43,893 bases of DNA, from contig JBBIUY010000025.1 of NCBI GenBank assembly GCA_037440005.1, forward strand, positions 1 through 43,893, written 5' to 3'. Within the stretch, counting starts at the first letter, position 1, and each line of letters starts with the position of its first letter. The position numbers were made by a program, and so were the translations under genes. The stretch comes from Armatimonadota bacterium. Its GTDB lineage: Bacteria; Sysuimicrobiota; Sysuimicrobiia; Sysuimicrobiales; Kaftiobacteriaceae. The notes beneath the pieces were generated by a model. The model searched no databases. It worked only from the letters and a program-made list of their open reading frames with translations, and was not told the origin of the DNA. This document shows, one piece after another, positions 37,701-43,893 of this stretch.

Positions 37701-38558
37701 ATGGTCATCGACAGCGCCCTCACCGCTCACCGGACACCCTCCCCCGGCGACCCGCTGCTGGACGTCCGGGGGCTGGCGATCGCCTTCGGCGGGGTGGTGG
37801 CCCTGGCCGACGTGGACCTGCAGGTGCCCGCGGGGAGCCTGATCGCGGTCATCGGGCCCAACGGGGCGGGCAAGACCACCCTGTTCAACTGCATCTGCGG
37901 CCAGTACCGCCCCGACCGGGGGCGCATCCGGTTCGCCGGGGTGGACCTGGTGGGCCGCCGGCCCGACCAGATCGCGCGGCTGGGCATCGCCCGCACGTTC
38001 CAGAACGTGGAACTGTTCGCGCGGATGACGGTCCTGGACAACCTCCTGCTGGGCCGCCACCGGCGCGTGCGGGCGGGGCTGCTGGACGCCGCGCTGGCCA
38101 CCCCGGCCTGGCGGCGGGAGGAAGTCCGCCACCGGGAGCGGGCGGAGCGCGTGCTGGACTTTCTGGACCTGCAGGCGGTGCGGGACCGCCGGGTCGGCGA
38201 CCTGCCCCCCGGCCGCCAGCGCCTGGTGGAGCTGGGGCGCGCGCTGGCCAGCGAGCCCCGGCTGTTGCTGCTGGACGAGCCCTCGGCGGGCATGACGGCG
38301 GAGGAGAAGGCCGACCTGGTGTTCCGGATCCGCGACATCCGGGAGGAGATGGGCGTCACCGTCATCCTGGTGGAGCACGACCTCCGCCTGGTGATGGGCA
38401 TCGCCGACTGGATCGCGGTCCTCGACCACGGGGTCAAGATCGCCGAGGGCCGCCCGGCGGAGGTGCAGGCCCACCCCGAGGTGATCCGGGCCTACCTGGG
38501 AGAGGCCGAACACCCCGGGCCGCCCGCTTCCCCCGCGTCGGCCCGGGCCCGCCCATGA
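37701..38558 (+). CDS. ABC ATP-binding protein (LivG-like)
   Basis: GPNGAGKTT, RTFQN, LLLDEP, VEHD, VIRAYLG. Confidence 0.93.
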   Translation: MVIDSALTAHRTPSPGDPLLDVRGLAIAFGGVVALADVDLQVPAGSLIAVIGPNGAGKTTLFNCICGQYRPDRGRIRFAGVDLVGRRPDQIARLGIARTFQNVELFARMTVLDNLLLGRHRRVRAGLLDAALATPAWRREEVRHRERAERVLDFLDLQAVRDRRVGDLPPGRQRLVELGRALASEPRLLLLDEPSAGMTAEEKADLVFRIRDIREEMGVTVILVEHDLRLVMGIADWIAVLDHGVKIAEGRPAEVQAHPEVIRAYLGEAEHPGPPASPASARARP

Positions 38559-39331
38559 GCCGGCCGCTGCTGGCCGTCCGCAACGTGGAGACCGCCTACT
38601 ACGGCCGGCTGACGGTCCTGCGGGGCGTGTCCTTGGACGTCCACCCGGGCCAGATCGTGGCGATCCTGGGCGGCAACGGCGCCGGCAAGACCACCCTGCT
38701 GCGCACCATCAGCGGCCTGATCCCCGGCCAGCCGACCAAGGGCCAGATCGAGTTCGACGGACGGCGGATCACCGGGTGGGAGCCCGAGGACATCGCCCGA
38801 GCGGGGATCGGCCACGTGCTGGAAGGCCGGGGGATCTTCCCCGAGCTCACGGTGGAGGAGAACCTCGCCCTGGGCGAGTGGACCCGCCCCCGCCCGGACC
38901 GCGCCGCCCGGGAGCGGGTCGCGGCGCTGTTTCCGGTGCTGGACCAGCGCCGCCGCCAGCTGGCCGGCACCCTGTCGGGCGGGGAGCAGCAGATGCTCGC
39001 CATCGCCCGGGCCCTGCTGATGCAGCCCCGGCTGCTGATGCTGGACGAACCGTCGCTGGGCCTGGCGCCGCTGGTGGTCCGGGAGGTGTTTGCGGCCATC
39101 GAGGCCGTCAACCGGGACGGCCTGGCCATCCTGCTGGTGGAGCAGAACGCCCGCCGGGCGCTGGAGGTGGCCCACTACGGCTACGTGCTGGAGGGCGGGC
39201 GGGTGGTCCTGGAGGGCACGGCGGCCGACCTGCGGGAGAACCCCAACGTGCAGGAGCTGTACCTGGGGGTCAGCCGGGAGGAGTCGGTCAAGGGCTACCG
39301 GAGGTACCGGGTCCGGCGGCGGTGGGCCTAG
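38555..39331 (+). CDS. ABC ATP-binding protein (LivF-like)
   Basis: GGNGAGKTT, LSGGEQQM, LDEPSLGLAP, VEQN. Confidence 0.93.
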   Translation: MSRPLLAVRNVETAYYGRLTVLRGVSLDVHPGQIVAILGGNGAGKTTLLRTISGLIPGQPTKGQIEFDGRRITGWEPEDIARAGIGHVLEGRGIFPELTVEENLALGEWTRPRPDRAARERVAALFPVLDQRRRQLAGTLSGGEQQMLAIARALLMQPRLLMLDEPSLGLAPLVVREVFAAIEAVNRDGLAILLVEQNARRALEVAHYGYVLEGGRVVLEGTAADLRENPNVQELYLGVSREESVKGYRRYRVRRRWA

Positions 39332-39350
39332 AGGCCGCCGGCGGGCCGCC

Positions 39351-41207
39351 TCACCCGCCCGACCGCGCCCCCGCCGCCTCCTCGGCGTACAGCTCGGCGA
39401 TCACCCCGGCGTACTTGTCCATGATCGCCTTGCGCTTGACCTTCATGGTCGGGGTGACCTCTCCGTCCTCCTGGTAGAGGCGCTTGGGCAGCAGGGCGAA
39501 CCGGCGCACCTGCTCGGGGGAGGAGAGGGTGCGGTTGACCGCGTCCACCTCGGCGGCGATCAGCCGCCGCACCTCGGGGCTGCGGGTGAGGTCGGCGAAG
39601 GTGGTGAAGGGGATGCGGTGGTCCTGGGCCCAGCGGGAGACGTTCTCCTCGTCGATGACGATCAGGGCCACCAGGTACTTCTTGCCGTCGCCGATGACCA
39701 CCGCGTCGGCGATGTAGGGACTGAACTTGAGCTTGTTCTCGATGTACTGGGGCGCGATGTTCTTGCCGTAGGCGTTGATGAAGATGTCCTTCTTGCGGTC
39801 GGTGAGGACCAGGTTCCCGTCCGGGTCCAGGTAGCCCACGTCGCCGGTGTGCAGCCAGCCGCCCTCCAGGGTGCGGGCGGTCAGCTCCGGGTCGCGGAAG
39901 TATCCGGCGAACACGTTGGGCCCCCGCAGCAGGATCTCCCCGTCGGGGGCGATCCGCAGCTCCACCCCCGGCACGGGCTTGCCCTTGGTCCCCAACCGCA
40001 CGTCGCCCACAGGGTGCACGGTGGCCACGGCCGTGCTCTCGGTCTGGGCGTAGATCTCCCGGATCTGCAGCCCGATGCTCCAGAAAAAGCGCAGCACGTC
40101 CGGGGAGACGGGGGCGGCCGAGCACAGGGCCACCCGCACCCGGTCCAGCCCCAGCCGGCGCCGCAGGGGCCGCAGGACCGCCGCCTGGGCGATCCCGTAG
40201 GCCGCCCGCAGGGGCCAGGATATCCGGCGGCGGTCCAGGCAGGCCTGGGCGTAGCGCCGGCCCACCGCCACCGCCGCGGCGAACGCCGCCCGCTTGGGCC
40301 AGTCGGCGTCGGCCACGGCCAGGACGACGCCCGAGTGCAGCTTCTCCCAGATCCGGGGCACGGCGAAGAAGATGGTGGGCCGCACCTCCCGCAGGTTCTG
40401 GGGCACCGTGTCCAGGTTTTCGGCGAAGTTGACCGTGTAGCCGGCGTACACCGCCGCGAACACCGACAGGGACCGCTCGGCGATGTGGGCCAGGGGCAGG
40501 TAGGACAGCACCTCGTCGCGCACGCCGCCCGGAAAGACGTGGCGCAGATTGGCCTCCTGGGCCCACAGGATGTTGCCGTGGGTGATCATGGCGCCCTTGG
40601 GGGGCCCGGTGGTCCCCGACGTGTACAGGAGCAGGGCCACGTCCGAGGGCTGCAGGGCGTCCAGGCGCTGCTGCAGCGCGCCGGGGGCCGCCGCCCCGTG
40701 CGCCCGCCCCTGGTCCAGGAACTCGTCGAAGAAGGTGACCATCGGGTCGGCGAATCCGCGCAGCCCCTCCCGGTCCATGACCACGATGCGCTCCAGGCGC
40801 GGCAGCTGCGGGCGCACCTCCAGCACCTTGTCCAGCTGCTCCTCGTTCTCCACGATGGCGACCCGGCAGCCGGCGTGGTCGAGGATGTAGTGCACCTGCT
40901 CGGGGCTGCTGGTGGGGTAGATGCCGACGGTGATGGCGCCGACGGACTGGATGCCCAGGTCGCTGTACAGCCACTCGGGGCGGTTGTCGCCCAGGACCGC
41001 CACCGGCTCCCCCCGCTCCACCTGGAGGGCCAGCAGGGCGTGGGCCACCCACCGCACCCGGCGGGCGTACTCCTCCCAGGTGATCCGCCGCCAGATCCCC
41101 AGCTCCTTGCGGCGCAGGGCCACCCGGGGGCCCAGGCGCTCCGCCTGCCGGAAGAACAGTTCCGGGACCGACCGGACGTCCCGGCGCACCGCCGTCGCCA
41201 CGGCCAT
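39351..41207 (-). CDS. AMP-dependent long-chain acyl-CoA synthetase
   Basis: YTSGTTGPPKG, SYLPLAHIAER, VPRIWEK, IYAQTE, TPTMKVKR. Confidence 0.92.
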   Translation of the reverse strand: MAVATAVRRDVRSVPELFFRQAERLGPRVALRRKELGIWRRITWEEYARRVRWVAHALLALQVERGEPVAVLGDNRPEWLYSDLGIQSVGAITVGIYPTSSPEQVHYILDHAGCRVAIVENEEQLDKVLEVRPQLPRLERIVVMDREGLRGFADPMVTFFDEFLDQGRAHGAAAPGALQQRLDALQPSDVALLLYTSGTTGPPKGAMITHGNILWAQEANLRHVFPGGVRDEVLSYLPLAHIAERSLSVFAAVYAGYTVNFAENLDTVPQNLREVRPTIFFAVPRIWEKLHSGVVLAVADADWPKRAAFAAAVAVGRRYAQACLDRRRISWPLRAAYGIAQAAVLRPLRRRLGLDRVRVALCSAAPVSPDVLRFFWSIGLQIREIYAQTESTAVATVHPVGDVRLGTKGKPVPGVELRIAPDGEILLRGPNVFAGYFRDPELTARTLEGGWLHTGDVGYLDPDGNLVLTDRKKDIFINAYGKNIAPQYIENKLKFSPYIADAVVIGDGKKYLVALIVIDEENVSRWAQDHRIPFTTFADLTRSPEVRRLIAAEVDAVNRTLSSPEQVRRFALLPKRLYQEDGEVTPTMKVKRKAIMDKYAGVIAELYAEEAAGARSGG

Positions 41208-41291
41208 GGCGAGGTACCGACTACGCTGCGCCGGGGGGCCGGTCCTCCCGCCGGGAGGGATCGCACGAGCGGACGGGAAAGCAGTCGGCGG

Positions 41292-42245
41292 ATGCGCCTG
41301 CACCGCATCGAACTGCCCACGCCGTTCCCGGTGGGGCCGGTCAACGCCTACCTGCTGCCCGGCGAGCCCCTGACCCTGGTGGACGCGGGGCCGCGGACGC
41401 CCGAAGCCCAGGCGGCCCTGGAGGCGGGCGTGGCGGCGGCGGGCTACCGGCTGGAGGACGTCCGCCGGGTGCTGCTCACCCACGGCCACACCGACCACGC
41501 CGGCAACGCCGCCTGGGTGGCCGGCCGCAGCGGCGCCGCCGTGCACGTGCACCCCGCCGACGGGCCGAAGATCTCCGGCCAGCGGTGGGTGCTGGACCAC
41601 CTGCGGACCTTCGTGGTCCAGGCCGGACTGCCCCCGGCGGCCCTGGACGGGTTCGCCGAACGCCTGCGGGTGCTGCGCCAGCTCCACGAACCCGTGCCCG
41701 AGCCCCGGATGCTGGCCGACGGGCAGTCGCTGGCGCTGGACGGGGAGCGGCTGCGGGTCCTGCACACCCCGGGCCACTCCCACGGGCACGTGTGCTTCTA
41801 CCACGAGGACGGCGTCCTGATCGCGGGCGACCTCCTGCTGGCGGACATCAGCCCCAACCCGGTGGTGGAGTTCGGCCCCGACGGCCGCCGGCTGCCCACC
41901 CTGCCCCTGTACCTGCAGTCCCTGCGGCGGGTGCTGCTGCTCAACTGCGACGTGGCCCACCCCGGCCACGGCCCGGCGCTGGGCAACCCCAACGCGCGCA
42001 TCCGCGAACTGATCGCCCACCACGAGCAGCGCAAGGAGGACGTGGCCGCCCGGCTGCGCCGCGGCCCGCGGACCCTGGCCGAGCTGTGCCGGGAGCTGTA
42101 CCCGGACGTGGACGAGGTGAACCTGGTCTTAGCCCTGTCGGAGGTGGTCGGCCACCTGGACCTGCTGGCCGAGGAGAAGCGCCTCACGGTGGCCCGCCGC
42201 AAGGACGCGCTGGTGTACAGGCTGAGGGAGGGAAGAGGGAAGTAA
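41292..42245 (+). CDS. Metallo-beta-lactamase-fold hydrolase
   Basis: LPTPFPVGPVNAY, THGHTDH (HxHxDH), TPGHS, AGD, PGHG. Confidence 0.9.
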   Translation: MRLHRIELPTPFPVGPVNAYLLPGEPLTLVDAGPRTPEAQAALEAGVAAAGYRLEDVRRVLLTHGHTDHAGNAAWVAGRSGAAVHVHPADGPKISGQRWVLDHLRTFVVQAGLPPAALDGFAERLRVLRQLHEPVPEPRMLADGQSLALDGERLRVLHTPGHSHGHVCFYHEDGVLIAGDLLLADISPNPVVEFGPDGRRLPTLPLYLQSLRRVLLLNCDVAHPGHGPALGNPNARIRELIAHHEQRKEDVAARLRRGPRTLAELCRELYPDVDEVNLVLALSEVVGHLDLLAEEKRLTVARRKDALVYRLREGRGK

Positions 42246-42320
42246 GGAAGATAGAAGAGGGAAACTGCGATAACCCCTTCGATCGGTCTCTTCCCTCTTC
42301 CCTCATCCCTCTTCCCTCTT
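42224..42320. repeat. Inverted heptamer-repeat hairpin (GAGGGAA-type then TTCCCTC-type arrays)
   Basis: Purine-rich array spanning the MBL stop codon, then a complementary pyrimidine array at 42288-42320. Confidence 0.75.
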
Positions 42321-42356
42321 TCGCAGCAGGTCCCCCCTCCCCGACGGGGAACCTGT

Positions 42357-43355
42357 GTGGGCGTGGACGCTGTCCGTGCCGCGGTCCTGGGGCTGGCCAC
42401 CCACGTGCCGCCCCGGGTCCTGACCAACGACGACCTGGCGCGGCTGGTGGACACCAGCGACGAGTGGATCACCACCCGCACCGGGATCCGCCGCCGCCAC
42501 ATCGCCTCCCCCGACCAGGCCACCTCCGACCTCGCCCTGCCGGCCGCGCGCTCGGCCCTGGAGGCGGCGGGAGTCCCGGCGGACGAGCTGGACCTCATCC
42601 TGGTGGGCACCGCCACGCCGGACATGCTGTTCCCCGCCACCGCCTGCCTGCTCCAGGACCGGCTGGGGGCGCGGCGGGCCGGCGCGTTCGACCTGCTGGC
42701 CGCCTGCAGCAGCTTCGTCTACGGGCTGATCTCCGCCGGCCAGCTCATCCAGGCCGGGCTGGTGCGGTACGCGCTGGTGGTGGGAGCCGAAACCCTCAGC
42801 CGGCTGATCGACTGGGAGGACCGGCGGACCTGCGTCCTGATCGGGGACGGCGCCGGCGCCGCCGTCCTGGGCCCCTCCCGCAGCGGGGCCGGCCTCCACA
42901 GCGGCGTGGTCGGCGCCGACGGATCCGCCGGGGACGTCCTCAAGGTCCCGGCAGGAGGGTCGCGCCTGCCGGTCACCGCCGACGTGATCGAGCGCCGGCT
43001 GCACCGGGCCTCCATGGACGGCCAGGCGGTCTTCAAGCTCGCGGTGCGGACCGTCCCCGGCCTGGTACGGGAGGCGGTCCGCCGCGCCGGGTGGACGCTG
43101 CAGGACGTGGACCTGATCGTCCCCCACCAGGCCAACCTGCGCATCATCGAGGCGATGGCCGCCCAGCTGGACCTGCCGATGGAGAAGTTCGTGGTGAACA
43201 TCCAGGAGTACGGCAACACGTCGGCCGCCAGCGTCCCCCTGGCCCTGGACGAGGCCGTCCGCGCGGGCCGGGTGCGCGACGGCAGCCGGCTGGTCCTGGC
43301 CGCCTTCGGCGGCGGCTTCACCTACGCCGCCTGCACCCTGGTCTGGGGCCGCTGA
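42357..43355 (+). CDS. fabH: Beta-ketoacyl-ACP synthase III
   Basis: DTSDEWITTRTGI, ACSSF (Cys), HQAN, GNTSAAS, FGGG. Start GTG 42357 or 42363. Confidence 0.95.
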   Translation: MGVDAVRAAVLGLATHVPPRVLTNDDLARLVDTSDEWITTRTGIRRRHIASPDQATSDLALPAARSALEAAGVPADELDLILVGTATPDMLFPATACLLQDRLGARRAGAFDLLAACSSFVYGLISAGQLIQAGLVRYALVVGAETLSRLIDWEDRRTCVLIGDGAGAAVLGPSRSGAGLHSGVVGADGSAGDVLKVPAGGSRLPVTADVIERRLHRASMDGQAVFKLAVRTVPGLVREAVRRAGWTLQDVDLIVPHQANLRIIEAMAAQLDLPMEKFVVNIQEYGNTSAASVPLALDEAVRAGRVRDGSRLVLAAFGGGFTYAACTLVWGR

Positions 43356-43358
43356 CCG

Positions 43359-43893
43359 TCACCGCCCCGGCGCGCCGGTCAGCCGGCGCACCAGCGCCCC
43401 CCGGGGGCCCGCGCCCACCACGGCGCCGTTGCGGTAGGCCACCGCCATCCCCACCTGCGGCGGCACCCGCTCTCCGGGCAGGAGGATTCCCACCAGGTTG
43501 AGGGGGTCGGCCGCGCCGACCACGACCACCTCCTGGTCGGGCGGGGCGCGGCGCACCTCCCGCAGCATCGGCACCGCCTCGGGCAGCGCGAACTGCTCGC
43601 CCACGGTGCCGGCCACAAAGCGCCCGCCCCGGACCTCGCCCTGCGCCTCCCACCGCCGGTATACCTCCACCAGGTCCCGCCACGGCGGCGCCACCGTCTC
43701 CCGCGCCAGCAGTTCGCGGAACACCACCCCGTAGCGGCGCAGCAGCTGGCGGGCCCACAACTCCACCCGGTCCGGCACCCGGCCGCCGTCGGGCGGCGCC
43801 CACAGGGACCAGCGGCCGGAGGCGGCCGCGCGGGCGTGGGCGAGCCCCGATCCGGCGCCGCGCCGGCGGGACCGCCGCCGGCCCCCGGCCAGC
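43359..43893 (-). CDS. lhr: C-terminal part of an Lhr-family DEAD/DEAH helicase (5' end outside window)
   Basis: Frame stays open to the window edge; GRWSL, LLRRYGVVFRE, GEVRGGRFVAG..GEQFA and ADPLNL match Lhr C-terminal domains. Confidence 0.8.
   Translation of the reverse strand, partial: LAGGRRRSRRRGAGSGLAHARAAASGRWSLWAPPDGGRVPDRVELWARQLLRRYGVVFRELLARETVAPPWRDLVEVYRRWEAQGEVRGGRFVAGTVGEQFALPEAVPMLREVRRAPPDQEVVVVGAADPLNLVGILLPGERVPPQVGMAVAYRNGAVVGAGPRGALVRRLTGAPGR

Noticed and set aside
39090..42245. 1051 aa MBL ORF and 890 aa ligase ORF
   Set aside because: Each extension is antisense to the neighbouring gene; starts at 41292 and 41207 fit family lengths.
41292..42245. Antibiotic-resistance beta-lactamase
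   Set aside because: No signal peptide, HxHxDH glyoxalase-II-like motif and lipid-metabolism context.

Overview
A very GC-rich bacterial chromosome segment, almost entirely coding, with 38 protein genes (two cut by the window edges). I see no rRNA, tRNA, CRISPR array, transposase or phage gene. Left to right: K+-independent H+-pyrophosphatase; an ECF sigma / zinc anti-sigma / MucB-RseB-like / TatA cluster; a divergent methyltransferase, GT2-PIG-L fusion and EamA operon; murT-gatD-MFS; DUF151 nuclease and SDR; prkA-yeaH-spoVR with a ~300 nt structured leader; a two-domain multicopper oxidase / ZIP / DtxR-family operon with Sir-box-like operators and an adjacent CDF; a penicillin-acylase-family Ntn hydrolase; a beta-oxidation operon; a 2-oxoacid:ferredoxin oxidoreductase; a Liv-type ABC transporter; a second acyl-CoA ligase, an MBL hydrolase, FabH and the 3' end of an Lhr-type helicase. 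The best leads are the prkA leader (candidate attenuator or new cis-regulatory RNA), the GT2-TM-PIG-L fusion operon, the metal-regulated oxidase-ZIP module, a recurring sigma-H-like promoter motif, and intergenic hairpins built from 7-8 nt repeats. All calls come from motif recognition by eye; no searches or folding programs were run. Many starts were moved from the ORF track to the codon supported by an RBS or a stop/start overlap.
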